Source of the DNA: Anaeromyxobacteraceae bacterium
Lineage (GTDB): Bacteria > Myxococcota > Myxococcia > Myxococcales > Anaeromyxobacteraceae
Assembly: GCA_047602405.1 (NCBI GenBank)
Contig: JASGHJ010000001.1
Location: forward strand, 2,080,001 to 2,144,000
Length of the DNA stretch: 64,000 nt
Direction: 5' to 3'
Shown here: piece by piece, positions 1-15,312 of the stretch
How the letters are laid out: every line of letters starts with the position of its first letter
How positions within the stretch are numbered: position 1 is the first letter of the stretch
Position numbers and translations under genes: made by a program
Notes under the pieces: model-generated
Databases searched by the model: none
Told to the model about the DNA's origin: nothing
What the model saw: the letters and a program-made list of their open reading frames with translations, nothing else

Positions 1-277
1 GTCACGAACGAGAAGTTCTACGCGAAGATCCCCAATCCCCATGACGGTGACCGGGAACTTCCACGAGATCGCGACCTTCTTCGACTCCCTGGGCCGCATG
101 CGCCGCATCGTGAACGTCACCGACATCCTGCTCGCCGAGCCGAAGGACGTGAACGGCAAGGTGGTGCTGCAGGCGAAGTTCCTCGCCACCACCTTCATGT
201 TCCTCGACCCGGCCGCGGCCGCCGCCGACCAGAAGGGCGCGAAGCCCGGCCGCAAGCCGGCGGGAGGCAAGCCGTGA
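1..277 (+). CDS. pilO: Type IV pilus assembly protein PilO, 3' part (5' end outside window; apparent +1 frameshift near 31-37)
   Basis: C-terminal PilO-like motif VTGNFHEIATFFDSLGRMRRIVNV...ATTF. Frame 1 upstream reads VTNEKFYAKIP and joins after removing one base. Lies directly before pilP and pilQ. Confidence 0.85.
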   Translation, partial: SRTRSSTRRSPIPMTVTGNFHEIATFFDSLGRMRRIVNVTDILLAEPKDVNGKVVLQAKFLATTFMFLDPAAAAADQKGAKPGRKPAGGKP

Positions 278-806
278 TCGCCCGTCCGCTCCGCCTCGCC
301 GCCCTGGCCGGCGCGCTCGCGCTCGCCGCGTGCGGCGGGTCCGCGAAGAAGCCTGCGCCGGAGGCCCAGAGGAAGGCCGCCGCCGAGCAGAAGGCCGCCG
401 CGGCCGCCCCGAAGGACGAGAAGCCCGTCGCGCCCGAGTGGTCGTACTCCTCGGTCGGCAAGCGGGACCCGTTCCGCTCGTTCTACGCGGACATCGAGGT
501 CTCCTCGCGCGTGCTCTCCACGAAGTGCGAGGGGCCGCTCGGCCGCTTCGAGCTCGAGCAGCTCCGCCTCGTCGCCGTCGTCACCGGCCTCGAGGACCCC
601 GTCGCGATGGTCGAGGCCCCGACCGGCGTCGGCTACTCCGTCCGCCGCGGCACCTGCATCGGCAAGAACGGCGGCACCGTCGCCGCGATCCGCTCCGGCG
701 AGATCGTCGTGAACGAGATCGCCGTCCGCGCCGACGGCACCCGGGACAAGACCCAGACCGCCCTTCGCGTGCCCCGCGAAGCGGCCATGAACCTCGAGGA
801 GCAGCC

Positions 807-810
<4 letters not shown>
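274..810 (+). CDS. pilP: Type IV pilus assembly lipoprotein PilP
   Basis: Lipobox LAAC, Y..VGKRDPF motif, PL.RFELEQLRLVAVV and IGKNGG motifs; located between pilO and pilQ with GTGA/ATGA overlaps. Confidence 0.9.
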
Positions 811-3612
<2,802 letters not shown>

Positions 3613-4284
3613 GTGACGGCCATGAAGACTCCGCTCCGCATCGCCCTCCTCGCCGGCCTCGCCCTCGCCGCCGGCTGCGTGGACAACAAGCCGTTCGTCG
3701 AGCTGAGGGGCATCTGCGCGGTCCCCGGGGCCGACGCGTGCACCTTCGCGGACACGTGCGACGCCTTCACGCTGAGCCCCCTCGTCTTCGACAACCAGGG
3801 GCTCATCGACCAGCTGAGCGCCTACGTCGAGGTCCGGAACCAGCTGCTCGACAACGGCGATGACAAGATCCGGGTGAACACGCACGACGCGTTCATCGAG
3901 GAGATCTCGATCTCCTACACGGGGCCGGTCGCGATCCCGTCGGCGACCTACCGGACGACCGCGCTGGTGCCGTCCAACGGGTCGTCCGTGGTGAAGCTGT
4001 ACGTCCTGCCGGTCGGCCCCGCGGCGGCCGTGAACGCCGCGGCGCTGCCCGCCGGCTTCAGCGACGTCATCGCGAAGCCGACCTTCAAGGGCAAGCTGGG
4101 CGACGGCTCGAGCTTCGAGACCGGCAACTTCGAGATCCCGATCCGGCTGTGCAGCGGCTGCCTGAACACGGGCGCGGCCCCGTCCTGCCCGGCCGGCCAG
4201 AACCTCTTCACCTGCCCGCCGGGCGCGGTCGGCGCCGGCGGCGTGGGTCAGAACAACGCCTCGTCCGTCTGCGTCACGCCCTAG
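3613..4284 (+). CDS. Cys-rich lipoprotein downstream of pilQ
   Basis: Lipobox LAAGC, several paired Cys, high-GC3 codon usage; the start may be ATG 3622. Confidence 0.75.
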   Translation: MTAMKTPLRIALLAGLALAAGCVDNKPFVELRGICAVPGADACTFADTCDAFTLSPLVFDNQGLIDQLSAYVEVRNQLLDNGDDKIRVNTHDAFIEEISISYTGPVAIPSATYRTTALVPSNGSSVVKLYVLPVGPAAAVNAAALPAGFSDVIAKPTFKGKLGDGSSFETGNFEIPIRLCSGCLNTGAAPSCPAGQNLFTCPPGAVGAGGVGQNNASSVCVTP

Positions 4285-4347
4285 GGTGCGCGCCCGAGCG
4301 CGATCCTTGACCGGAGTGGGGGGGGCGGGCTAAGGGTTCGTCCAACC

Positions 4348-4707
4348 ATGGGCATCCGCGAGCACCTCGCCGAGGTCTGTGAGAGCGTCGAAGGCGCCCT
4401 CGCGTGCACGCTCATGGGTTTCGACGGCATCGAGGTCGACGCGCACGTCCAGGGCGGCGCCGACGTCGACATGAAGTCGCTGCTCGTGGAGTACTCCGGG
4501 GTGTTCCGGAGCGCGCGCGAGGCGGCGGAGGCCTACCAGGCGGGCGGCGTCGCCGAGGTCTCCATCGCGACCGACAAGGTCCTCGCGGTCGCCCGGTTCA
4601 TCTCGTCCGAGCACTTCATGGTCCTCGCGCTCTCGCCCGACGGCAACGTCGGCAAGGCGCGCTTCAAGCTCCGCGTCACCGCCCCGCGGCTTCGCTCGGA
4701 GCTCTAG
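4348..4707 (+). CDS. mglC: Roadblock/LC7 domain protein, MglC-like polarity protein
   Basis: 119 aa roadblock pattern (V.GALACTLMGFDGI...GNVGKARFKLR). Its position between the pilQ-linked lipoprotein and efp matches the Myxococcus mglC locus. Confidence 0.75.
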   Translation: MGIREHLAEVCESVEGALACTLMGFDGIEVDAHVQGGADVDMKSLLVEYSGVFRSAREAAEAYQAGGVAEVSIATDKVLAVARFISSEHFMVLALSPDGNVGKARFKLRVTAPRLRSEL

Positions 4708-4790
4708 CCGGCGCGCGCCTCGCCGTACCGCGACGCTTACGCCACCCGAGCCCGGGCCCTCACCTTCGCAGCTGGAGGCATCGAAAAGAC

Positions 4791-5364
4791 ATGGCCGACA
4801 CCCTCGACACTTCGGCGTTCCGCCGGGGCCTCAAGATCGAGAATCGACAAGGAACCGTGGGAGATCGTCGAGTTCCAGCACGTGAAGCCCGGCAAGGGCT
4901 CCGCGTTCGTGCGCACCCGGATCAAGAACCTCATCACCGGGCGCACCATCGACAAGACGTTCAAGTCCGGTGACGTGGTGGGCAAGCCCGACGTGGAGGA
5001 GAAGGAGATGGAGTACCTCTACAAGGAGGGCGAGCACTACAACTTCATGGACAACAAGAACTTCGAGCAGACCTTCCTCACCGAGGAGCAGATGGGGGAG
5101 GCGAGGAACTACATCAAGGACAACACCACCACGCACATCCTGTTCTACAACGGCCGCGCGATCGGCGTGACCCTGCCGAACGCGATGGACCTGCGCGTGG
5201 CGAAGTGCGACCCCGGCGTCCGCGGCGACACCGTGTCCGGGGCGACCAAGCCGGCGACGCTCGAGACCGGCTACGTCGTGAACGTCCCCCTCTTCATCAA
5301 CGAGGGCGACCTCCTCCGCATCGACACCCGCACCGGCGAGTACCTGACCCGCGTCGCCGGCTAA
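4791..5364 (+). CDS. efp: Translation elongation factor P (apparent +1 frameshift at 4841-4845)
   Basis: [17 protein letters not shown] then [25 protein letters not shown]...PGVRGDT...KPATLETG...IDTRTGEYL. Length 574 = 3n+1. Confidence 0.95.
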
Positions 5365-5396
5365 CACGCCGCGGCGACGCCGCGGCGTGCTTCTTC
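5365..5396 (+). terminator. Inverted repeat after efp (possible terminator or mRNA-stabilising hairpin)
   Basis: CACGCCGCGGCG-A-CGCCGCGGCGTG followed by CTTCTTC. Confidence 0.5.
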
Positions 5397-5414
5397 TGGA
5401 CGAGGAGATCGACG

Positions 5415-5936
5415 ATGGCCAAGAAGCCCGTGGCGAAGGCAGCCCTCCCGGAGGTCGCCGGGTTCTCGATGGACGACGTGAAGCGCCTCGTCTCCCTCGT
5501 GGAGAAGAGCGACGTCACGCACATCGCGTGGCAGCGCGGGGCCGAGAAGGTCGTCATCCGCCGCGGCGGCGCCGCCCCGGTCGCCGCCCGCCCCGCCCCG
5601 GCCGTCGCCTGGGCCTCCCCTGCAGAGGCCGCCCCGGCGCCCGTCGCGGCGCCGGCCCCGGTCGCCGACGCCCCGGCCGCGGCCGAGGCGAAGCCGGGCA
5701 TCGTCGTCACCTCGCCGTTCGTGGGCACCTTCTACCGGTCGCCGTCGCCCGAGTCGCCCTCGTTCGTGGAGGTCGGCGCGAAGGTGAAGAAGGGCCAGAC
5801 GCTCTGCATCGTCGAGGCCATGAAGCTGATGAACGAGATCGAGGCCGAGACCGACGGCACGGTCGCCGAGATCCTCGTGCTCAACGCGACGCCGGTGGAG
5901 TACGGCGAGCCCCTCTTCCGCATCGTCCCGGGCTAG
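5415..5936 (+). CDS. accB: Acetyl-CoA carboxylase biotin carboxyl carrier protein
   Basis: [11 protein letters not shown] and the [11 protein letters not shown] biotinylation motif; Ala/Pro linker; RBS GAGGAG upstream. Confidence 0.95.
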   Translation: MAKKPVAKAALPEVAGFSMDDVKRLVSLVEKSDVTHIAWQRGAEKVVIRRGGAAPVAARPAPAVAWASPAEAAPAPVAAPAPVADAPAAAEAKPGIVVTSPFVGTFYRSPSPESPSFVEVGAKVKKGQTLCIVEAMKLMNEIEAETDGTVAEILVLNATPVEYGEPLFRIVPG

Positions 5937-5941
5937 CCGCC

Positions 5942-7297
<1,356 letters not shown>

Positions 7298-7325
7298 GTC
7301 TCGAACGGACGGGGCCTGCCCGGCT

Positions 7326-7374
7326 CCGTTCGTCCCGAGCGTAGGCGCGCGCAGCGCGCCGGAGTCGAGGGACG
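7326..7374 (+). repeat. Palindromic REP-like element (intergenic, after accC)
   Basis: CCGTTCGTCCCGAGCGTA-GGCGCGC-GCA-GCGCGCC-GGAGTCGAGGGACG. Confidence 0.85.
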
Positions 7375-7420
7375 CGGGCCCGTAATCGGGAAATTCCTGC
7401 GTGGGTTCGCGGCGTTCGGC

Positions 7421-7449
7421 TTGACCGCCCCGGACCCATCCACTACCCT
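7421..7449 (+). promoter_or_regulatory. Candidate sigma70-type promoter for sgmX
   Basis: TTGACC-17 bp-TACCCT about 100 bp upstream of ATG 7554. Confidence 0.4.
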
Positions 7450-7553
7450 CGAAGGCGCCTTCGGCTCCGCCCCGGCGCCGGCGCGCCGGACGCCTGCCCG
7501 ACGCCGCCGCCGCCCTGGCGTGGCCTTCCCATGTGCAGCGCCCGCCCGGCTCG

Positions 7554-10377
7554 ATGGCCCTCGACAAGAACAGAGATCATCGCCGAGGCCACCAAGCTGG
7601 TGCAGAAGGGGGCGTTCGACAAGGCGATCAAGAGCTACGAGCGCATCCTCGCGGAGGATCCGAAGGACGTCCGGATCCTCCTCAAGGTCGGCGAGCTCCA
7701 CCAGAAGAAGGGCAGCGACCACGAGGCCGCCCAGGCCTTCACCCGCGTCGCCGAGACCTACGCGGAGCAGGGGTTCTTCCTCAAGGCCGTCGCCGTCTAC
7801 AAGCAGATCGTGAAGCTCGATCCGGAGGAGGTCCGGGTCAACGAGCGGCTCGCGGCGCTGTACCAGCAGCTCGGGCTGCTCTCCGACGCGATGGGCCAGT
7901 TCCAGTTCATGGCCCAGGCGTACGAGAAGGCGGGCGACGTCGCGCGGCTCACCGACGTGCTGCGCCGGATGGTCGAGCTCGACCCCGAGAACATCGCCTC
8001 GTCCATCAAGCTCGGCGAGCTGCACGTGCGCGCCGGGCAGACCGCGCCGGCCATCGAGTGCTTCCGCCGCGCCGCCGACCACCTCAAGAAGCACAACCGC
8101 GCCGACGAGTACCTGCGCATCGCCGAGCGCCTCGCGAGCCTCACCCCCGACGACCTCACGCTCACCCGCGAGCTCGCGCACCTCTACCTCAACAAGCGCG
8201 ACACGAAGCGCGCGCTCGCGAAGCTGCAGCTCTGCTTCAAGGCGAACCCGAAGGACCTCGAGACGCTCACGCTCCTCGCCCAGGCGTTCCACGACCTCGG
8301 GCAGACCTCGAAGACGGTCTCCGTCTACAAGGAGCTCGCGCACGTCTACGAGGAGCTGGGCCGCAACCAGGAGGCGCGCTCCACCTGGCGCAAGGTCCTC
8401 GAGGTCGCGCCCGACGACGAGGACGCCTCCGCGGTGCTGGGCGTGCAGGCCGGCCCCGCGCACGCGCCGGCCCCGCCGCCGCCCGCGCCCCGCCCGCCGC
8501 CGCAGCCCGCGCCGGTCCGGACCGCGCCGCTCCACGTGCCCGCCCCGCCGTCCGCGCCGGCCCGCCCGGCCACCGCGACCGGCCTCTCCGCCGCCGGCGC
8601 GCAGGGCGCGGGGCGCGAGCTCACCGCCGACGCGATCCCGAAGCTGCTCACCGAGACCGACGTCTACGTGAAGTACGGGCTCCACGACAAGGCGCTCGAC
8701 CACCTCCGCAAGGTCCTCCTCGTCGACCCCGGCTGCGCGGAGGCGCACGAGCGGTCGCGCGACATCCACCTCTCCGCCGGGCGCACCGGCGAGGCCGCCA
8801 CCTCGGCCGCGCGCGCCGTGCGCGCCCATGCGGCGCGCTCGGCGCTCGACCGCGCCGCCGAGGCGCTCGCGCGCCTCCGGCAGATCGACCCGGTCCACCC
8901 GGAGCTCCTCGAGCTCTCCGCGCTCGCGACCGGCGCCCCGGTCGCGCCCGCCGGCGCCGCGGGGGACCTCCTCGCCCGTGCCGTCCCCGCCACCGAGCCC
9001 GACGACCTCGCCCTCACCGCCGCCGCGCACGAGGAGGACGAGATCGTCGAGGACGAGCCCGAGACGAGCGGGCAGACCGTGCTCGAGCCGACGGCGATCG
9101 GCGACGGGCCGGAGTCCGACGACGAGCTCGTGGAGCAGGTCGCGCTCGCCTCCACCGAGTCGGAGGAGATCGTCGAGGAGCGCGTGGTCGTCGAGGACCA
9201 GGGCGGCGAGGACGTCTCGGATCGGGCGGCCTTCGAGGACGCGCCCGAGCCCGAGCCCGAGCCCGAACCGGTCCGGCCGCCGCCCCGGACCGCCGCGCCG
9301 CCATCCGGCCCGCCGCCCGGCGCGCGGGCCCCGGCCCCGGGCCGCCCGCCCGGCGTGCGCCCCGCGCCCATCGTCACGCCGCCGCCGCCCGCGCCGGCCC
9401 CCGCGGCCGAGCGCGAGGTCGAGGACCTCTCGGAGGACCTCGAGGAGGCCGAGTTCTTCCTGCAGCAGGGCCTGCGCGACGAGGCCCGGGAGTCGCTCGA
9501 GGGGCTCCTCGCGCGCCACCCCGGCCACCCCGAGGTGCTGCGGCGCCTCGCGGGGCTCGGCGGCGACGCCGCCGACGACGCGCAGCCCGGCGAGGCCGAG
9601 GGCGCCGGGGCCCACGGCGGCGAGGAGCCGTACGAGGCCCCCCGGCCCGCGCCGCCGCCGGCCGCGCGCCGCACGGCCACGCCGCCGGTGGGCACGCCGC
9701 GCCCCTCGCCGGTCAACGTCGAGGCGTCCTCGGGTGACGAGAGCTTCGACATCGCCCGCGAGCTCGCCGAGGAGCTCGGCGGCGAGGGCGAGCCCGCCGC
9801 GGCCGCCGACGACTTCCAGTACTCGGTCGAGGACGTCTTCAACCAGTTCAAGAAGGGCGTCGCGGAGACGGTGCGCCCCGAGGACAGCGCCACCCATTAC
9901 GACCTCGGCATCGCCTACAAGGAGATGGGGCTCGTCGACGACGCGGTGAAGGAGTTCGAGACCGCGATGCGCGACCGCAAGCGCGAGGTCGACTGCCTCT
10001 CGATGATCGCGCTCTGCCGCATGCAGCAGGGCCAGCACCGGGAGGCGATCCTGGTGCTGCGCCGCGCGCTCGGCTCCGACTGGCTCTCCCGCGACGCGGC
10101 GAAGGCGATCCACTACGACCTGGCCGGCGCGTACGAGGCGGCGGGCGACCCCGAGGTCGCGCTCTACGTGCTGCAGAAGATCATGAAGGCCGACCCGGCC
10201 TACCGCGACGTGAAGGGCCGCGTCGCGGCGCTCGGCGGCGGCCCGGGCCACCCGCCCCCCGCCGAGCGCGGCGCGCGCCCGCCCGGCTCGCGCACCACCG
10301 TGAAGGCTCCGGCGCCCGAGCCGGCCCCCGCGGCCGCGCCCGTGGCCCCCGGCAAGAAGAACATCGGCTATCTGTAG
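7554..10377 (+). CDS. sgmX: TPR-domain social-motility protein, SgmX-like (apparent +1 frameshift at about 7573)
   Basis: Removing one base gives MALDKNKIIAEATKLVQKGAFDKAIKSY. N-terminal TPR array, acidic/Pro-rich linker, C-terminal TPRs (THYDLGIAYKEMGL) and terminal KKNIGYL. Position after accC as in Myxococcus. Confidence 0.8.
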
Positions 10378-10389
10378 GCGACCACGAAC

Positions 10390-11289
10390 GTGAACTACCT
10401 CGAGTACCACGAGCTTTCGCAGGAGCCGTTCTCGAACGCGCCGGTGTCGCGCTTCTACTACGCCTCCGCGCAGCACGCGCAGGCGCTGACCCGGCTGATG
10501 CACGTGGTCTCGTCGATGAAGGGGCTCGCGGTGCTCGTGGGCGACGTCGGCGCGGGCAAGACCACGCTCGCCCGCCGCATGCTCGACAGCCTCCCCGAGG
10601 AGGAGTACGAGGCCGCGCTCCTCGTCATCATCCACTCGGGCATCACCCCGGCCTGGCTCCTCAAGCGCATCGCGATGCAGCTCGGCGTCGAGGCACCCGC
10701 CGAGGAGAAGCTCGCGCTGCTCTCGCAGCTCTACCAGCGGCTCATCCGGATCCACGAGGCCGGCAAGAAGGCCGTCGTCCTCATCGACGAGGCGCAGATG
10801 CTCGCCTCGCGCGAGATCATGGAGGAGTTCCGGGGGCTCCTCAACCTCGAGGTCCCCGACTCGAAGCTCATCTCCTTCGTGTTCTTCGGGCTGCCGGAGA
10901 TCGAGGACAACCTCCGGCTCGACCCGCCGCTCGCGCAGCGGGTGGCGCTCAAGTACCGGCTCGAGCCGTTCAGCGTCGAGGCGACCGACGCCTACGTGAA
11001 GCACCGCCTGCGCCTCGCCGGCGCGCCGCGCATGCCCTTCACCCCGGCCGCCGTCGCCCGCGTCCACGCGCACTCGCGCGGCACGCCGCGCGTGATCAAC
11101 ACGCTGTGCGACAACGCCCTCTTCGAGGGGTTCCTCGCCCGGCAGCGCGAGCTCGACGACCGCTTCGTCGACAAGGTCGCCCGCGACCTCGGCCTGGAGG
11201 AGGCCCCCGAGCCCGGCGCCGCCGGCCCCGGCGGCCGCGGCAAGGTCGACCTCGCCGAGATCGACCGGTACCTCGAATCGCTGAAGTGA
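10390..11289 (+). CDS. ExeA/GspA-family AAA ATPase
   Basis: N-terminal Y.EYHELSQEPFSNAP, Walker A GDVGAGKTT, Walker B VLIDEAQ, G.PRVINTLCDNAL. Confidence 0.9.
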   Translation: MNYLEYHELSQEPFSNAPVSRFYYASAQHAQALTRLMHVVSSMKGLAVLVGDVGAGKTTLARRMLDSLPEEEYEAALLVIIHSGITPAWLLKRIAMQLGVEAPAEEKLALLSQLYQRLIRIHEAGKKAVVLIDEAQMLASREIMEEFRGLLNLEVPDSKLISFVFFGLPEIEDNLRLDPPLAQRVALKYRLEPFSVEATDAYVKHRLRLAGAPRMPFTPAAVARVHAHSRGTPRVINTLCDNALFEGFLARQRELDDRFVDKVARDLGLEEAPEPGAAGPGGRGKVDLAEIDRYLESLK

Positions 11290-11330
11290 TCCCTCGGCTC
11301 CGCGCGCCTGAGGGCGCGCTACGCTCGGGA
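11290..11330 (-). repeat. Palindromic REP-like element, reverse orientation
   Basis: Reverse complement reads TCCCGAGCGTA-GCGCGCC-CTCA-GGCGCGC-GGAGCCGAGGGA; a partial copy follows at 11331-11358. Confidence 0.8.
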
Positions 11331-11391
11331 CTCCGCGGCGCCGGGGCGCCGCTACGCCTGGACTTTCCGCCCCCTCCGGGGGGATGCGAGA

Positions 11392-14300
11392 ATGGAGCCG
11401 GTGAGGAAGCGGACCGCCGCCCTGATCTTCTTCGTGTTCGTGCTCGCGCTCGTGGGCGCGACGCTCGCGGTCCTCTCCACGCCGCAGGCCGGCGAGGAGC
11501 TCTGCACCCTGGTCCGGGCGCGGCTCGCCGCGGCGTCCGGCGAGCCGGTGCGGGTCGCCGCGTGCCGCATCCGCCCGCTCTCGCTCTCGGTCGAGCTCGA
11601 CGGGCTGGAGGTCGGCCCCGAGGGCGCGCCGCTCGTCGCGGTCGAGGCGCTCTCGGCCCGGCTCGCCGCGGTCCAGGCGATGAGCCGCCAGGTCCACCTC
11701 GCCGAGCTCCGGGTGGTCCGGCCGCGGGTCCGGGCCCGGATCCCCGAGCGCACGAAGGGGGGCGGCTGCGACCGCGGCCTCCTCGGCGCGGTGGAGGTGA
11801 AGCGCCTGACCGTCGAGGAGGGCTCGGTCGACCTCACCTTCGCGGGCGGCGCCCGGCTCGAGGCCGCGCGCGTCGACGTGCGCTCCCGGCCGGTCACCGG
11901 CGCGCTGCGCGCGCTCGCCGGCGTGCTCCGGACCACGCGGGTCGAGGCGAAGGTGGACGGGCTGCACCTCGTGGCGGGCTCGCGCGACGTCACGGGCACG
12001 GTCAGCGCCGACGGCGACCTCGCCATGGACCTCTCCGGCGTCGACCTGCGCCGGCTCGACGTGGCGGTGCCCGGGCTGGAGGTCACCGCCGAGGGGCGGG
12101 TCCTGGACCTCTGCGCGCCCTCCCTCGACCTGCGCGCGAGCGGCCACGGGGGCGCGGTCCAGCTGTTCGAGCTCATCGACGTCCCCATCGACGTGGCGGG
12201 CGAGGTGGAGGCGCGCGGCCGCGTGAGGGGCAAGCTCGCCTCGCCGCTCGTCGAGGCCGAGGCGCGGATGAAGGGCTTCCGCATCGGCCCCTTCACCGCG
12301 GGCGACGGCTCGGCGGCGGTGAAGGTGACCGATCACGACGTGCAGCTCGACCGCGTCGTGATCCCCATCGGCGCGGGCAGGGCGACCGGCCGGCTCGGCA
12401 TCGGCTTCGGCCGGCCCGTCCCGCTCGACTCGGACGTGCAGCTCGAGAACGTGGATCTCGCCGAGCTCCTCGACCGCTTCGGCATCACCGGCGCCTGGGT
12501 GACCACCCGCCTCGACGGGAAGGCCCACCTCGCGGGCCCGCTCGAGCACCCGGTGGTGCAGGGCGTCCTCACCGGCGAGGCGCGCGAGTTCCGCGCGCTC
12601 ACCCGCTCGTACCTCGCGGGCGCGAGCGACCCGGGCGTGCTCGCGTTCAAGAAGGCGCGCCTCGAGCTCCCGGCGCGGATCGACCTCGACGGGCTCCACG
12701 TCAAGGAGGCGAAGATCGAGGTCGGTCGGGGCACCGCGGTCGTGGACGCGTCCGCCTACTTCGATCCGTCGCGCGGCTTCGAGGTGAAGGGGCGCGGCGA
12801 GGTCGACCTCGACGCGCTCGGGCGGGTCGCCGCCGTCCCGTGGCGCGGGCTCGCGCAGGTCGAGCTCGCCGGCGGGGCCGCGCCGTACGGCAACCCGCGC
12901 ATCGCGGGGCGCGTGCGCGTGGCGGGCTTCCGGTTCCTCGACCTCGACCTCGGCACCGGCGCCTCCGACTTCACCTACGACGACTTCCTCCTCCGGCTCT
13001 CCCGCGCGGAGGGGCTCCGCGGGGTCACGCGCTGGAAGGGCGAGGGCGTGATCGACCTCGCCCGCGCGCCGGCGCACGTGGTGTCGTCGCGGTTCGAGGC
13101 GAAGGGGCGGCTGCGCGACCTCTTCGAGGGCGCGATGGACTTCATCCCGTCGGCGCGGACGATGCGCGACGCGATGGACGGCGACGTCGAGGTCTCCGGC
13201 ACGGCCACCGGCCCGGCCGACGCGCTCGACGCCGAGTTCGAGGGGAAGGTCGGCGCCGGCACGCTGCTCGGCTGCCCGTTCGACGGCGGCAAGGGCTCGG
13301 GCCGGATCCACCGCGGCCGGGAGGTGCGCGTCGACGGCGCCGAGCTCCGCCGGGGCGACGGCGTGCTGCGCGTCGCGGGCACCTCGGGCATCGTGCCCCC
13401 GTTCGCCTGGGACCTCGAGACCTCGTTCTCCGGCTGGAGGCTCGCCGACCTCGGCCTCCCCGGCACCTGGGCGGGCTCGGCGAGCGGCACCGCGCGCTTC
13501 CTCGGGAGCTACGAGGTCCCGAAGGTCCGCTTCGCGGCGAGCGCCCACGGCGCGGCCATCGGGGGGCTCTCGCTCGGCGCCCTCCAGGCGGGCGGGACCG
13601 TCGAGGGCGAGCGGCTCGTCGTGACCGGCGGCGGGCCCGGGCTCGACCTCCGGGGCGAGGCGCGGCTCACCGGCCGCCGCCCGTTCGAGGCGACGCTCGC
13701 CGTCGACCTCGACGACGCCGCGCGGCTCTGGAACGGCGCGCCCGGCCAGGCGAAGGTGCTGCTGCGCGGCGGGGCCGAGGCGCAGGGCGAGCTCGTGGAT
13801 CTCCCGAACGCGCGGGCGCGGGTCCGGCTCGAGGCGCTCGAGGCGGCGTGGGCGGACTTCCGCGTGCGCGCCGCGGCGCCGGTGCTGCTCGAGGCGGCGA
13901 AGGGCCGCGTGGAGCTCGCCCCGGTGACGCTCACGGGGCCCAACACCGAGCTCACGCTCGGCGGGAGCCAGGCGCCGGGCGGCGAGCTCGACGCCTCGGC
14001 GAGCGGCGCCCTCGACGTGCGGCTCCTCTCCGCGCTCTTCCCGAACGTGCGCCGGCCCTACGGCCAGCTCCGGCTCGAGGCGCACGTGGGCGGCACGCCG
14101 GCCGCGCCGGTGCTGGTGGGGTCGGGTCGCCTCGACGACGTCGGCATGCAGCTCAAGGGCTCGAACGTGACGCTGGCCGACGTCGCGGGCGACCTGGCCT
14201 TCTCGCAGAACAAGATCCTCTTCGACGGCCTCACCGCCACCGTGAACGGCGGGCGGGCGCGGCTCGAGGGCGAGCTCGAGCTCCGGCGGCTCACGCTCGC

Positions 14301-15312
14301 GAGCGTGCACGTCCGAGGGGACCTCGACGAGGTCCCGGTGCAGGTGCCCGCCTACCTGCCGGCGACGCTCTCCGGCCGGGTGGAGCTCTCCGGCACGCCC
14401 GACGCCTCGACCCTCGGCGGCCGCATCCACGTGGTGCGGGCGCGCTACACGGAGGACGTCGGCATCGAGAAGGCGGTGCTGGAGCTCCGCAGGAAGCCCC
14501 CTCCGCCGCCCCGGCCCTACGACAAGGCGGGCGAGTGGCTCCGCCTCGACGTGCAGATCGCGGTGGACGGCGACGTCCGCATCGAGAACGACCTCGTGCG
14601 CGGCCCGGTGACGGGCGACCTCCTCCTCACCGGGACGCTCGCGGCGCCGGGCCTGCTCGGCAGCCTCGCGATGGCGGACGGCAGCCGCGCGGTCTTCCGC
14701 GGCAACGAGTTCGACCTCTCCCACGCGGTGGTCGAGTTCACCGGGCGCAACAAGGTCGAGCTGGCGCTCGACGCGCACGGCGAGGCCCAGGTCCGCGACT
14801 ACCAGGTGTTCATGCACATCTTCGGCTCGATGGAGAAGCCGCAGCTCACGCTCACGAGCTCGCCGGCGCTCTCCGAGCCCGACATCATCACGCTGCTCTC
14901 GCTCGGCTTCACCCGGCGCGACGCCGCCGCGGGCGACGGCATGGCGGGCGTCGCCACCGCCGCCGCCGCGCAGGCGCTCGTCTCCGCCTCCGGCCTCGAC
15001 GAGCAGGTCCGCCGGTTCCTCCCGCGGAACGGCGTGCTGCGCGACTTCTCGGTCCGCATCACGAGCGCCTACTCGGAGGGCACCGGCCAGGTGGAGCCGC
15101 GCGCGGAGTTCGAGTCCTACCTCATGAAGGACCGGCTCCGGCTGCGCTACCAGGCGCCGCTCGGCGCCGCGCGCGGCCAGCGCGCCCAGGCCGAGCTCAA
15201 GCTCGGCAGCCACACCGCGCTCCAGTACCAGTGGGAGAACGACAACCCCGACGTCGCCACCGGCGACCACGGCCTCGACCTCAAGCTGCGGTGGGAATGG
15301 ACCGATCGCTGA
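11392..15312 (+). CDS. tamB: Translocation and assembly module TamB-like (AsmA/DUF490) protein
   Basis: 1306 aa with an N-terminal TM anchor, a long Gly-rich beta-repeat body and a C-terminal DUF490-like region (L.LTSSPALSEPDIITLL..G); paired with an Omp85 gene. Confidence 0.8.
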   Translation: MEPVRKRTAALIFFVFVLALVGATLAVLSTPQAGEELCTLVRARLAAASGEPVRVAACRIRPLSLSVELDGLEVGPEGAPLVAVEALSARLAAVQAMSRQVHLAELRVVRPRVRARIPERTKGGGCDRGLLGAVEVKRLTVEEGSVDLTFAGGARLEAARVDVRSRPVTGALRALAGVLRTTRVEAKVDGLHLVAGSRDVTGTVSADGDLAMDLSGVDLRRLDVAVPGLEVTAEGRVLDLCAPSLDLRASGHGGAVQLFELIDVPIDVAGEVEARGRVRGKLASPLVEAEARMKGFRIGPFTAGDGSAAVKVTDHDVQLDRVVIPIGAGRATGRLGIGFGRPVPLDSDVQLENVDLAELLDRFGITGAWVTTRLDGKAHLAGPLEHPVVQGVLTGEAREFRALTRSYLAGASDPGVLAFKKARLELPARIDLDGLHVKEAKIEVGRGTAVVDASAYFDPSRGFEVKGRGEVDLDALGRVAAVPWRGLAQVELAGGAAPYGNPRIAGRVRVAGFRFLDLDLGTGASDFTYDDFLLRLSRAEGLRGVTRWKGEGVIDLARAPAHVVSSRFEAKGRLRDLFEGAMDFIPSARTMRDAMDGDVEVSGTATGPADALDAEFEGKVGAGTLLGCPFDGGKGSGRIHRGREVRVDGAELRRGDGVLRVAGTSGIVPPFAWDLETSFSGWRLADLGLPGTWAGSASGTARFLGSYEVPKVRFAASAHGAAIGGLSLGALQAGGTVEGERLVVTGGGPGLDLRGEARLTGRRPFEATLAVDLDDAARLWNGAPGQAKVLLRGGAEAQGELVDLPNARARVRLEALEAAWADFRVRAAAPVLLEAAKGRVELAPVTLTGPNTELTLGGSQAPGGELDASASGALDVRLLSALFPNVRRPYGQLRLEAHVGGTPAAPVLVGSGRLDDVGMQLKGSNVTLADVAGDLAFSQNKILFDGLTATVNGGRARLEGELELRRLTLASVHVRGDLDEVPVQVPAYLPATLSGRVELSGTPDASTLGGRIHVVRARYTEDVGIEKAVLELRRKPPPPPRPYDKAGEWLRLDVQIAVDGDVRIENDLVRGPVTGDLLLTGTLAAPGLLGSLAMADGSRAVFRGNEFDLSHAVVEFTGRNKVELALDAHGEAQVRDYQVFMHIFGSMEKPQLTLTSSPALSEPDIITLLSLGFTRRDAAAGDGMAGVATAAAAQALVSASGLDEQVRRFLPRNGVLRDFSVRITSAYSEGTGQVEPRAEFESYLMKDRLRLRYQAPLGAARGQRAQAELKLGSHTALQYQWENDNPDVATGDHGLDLKLRWEWTDR

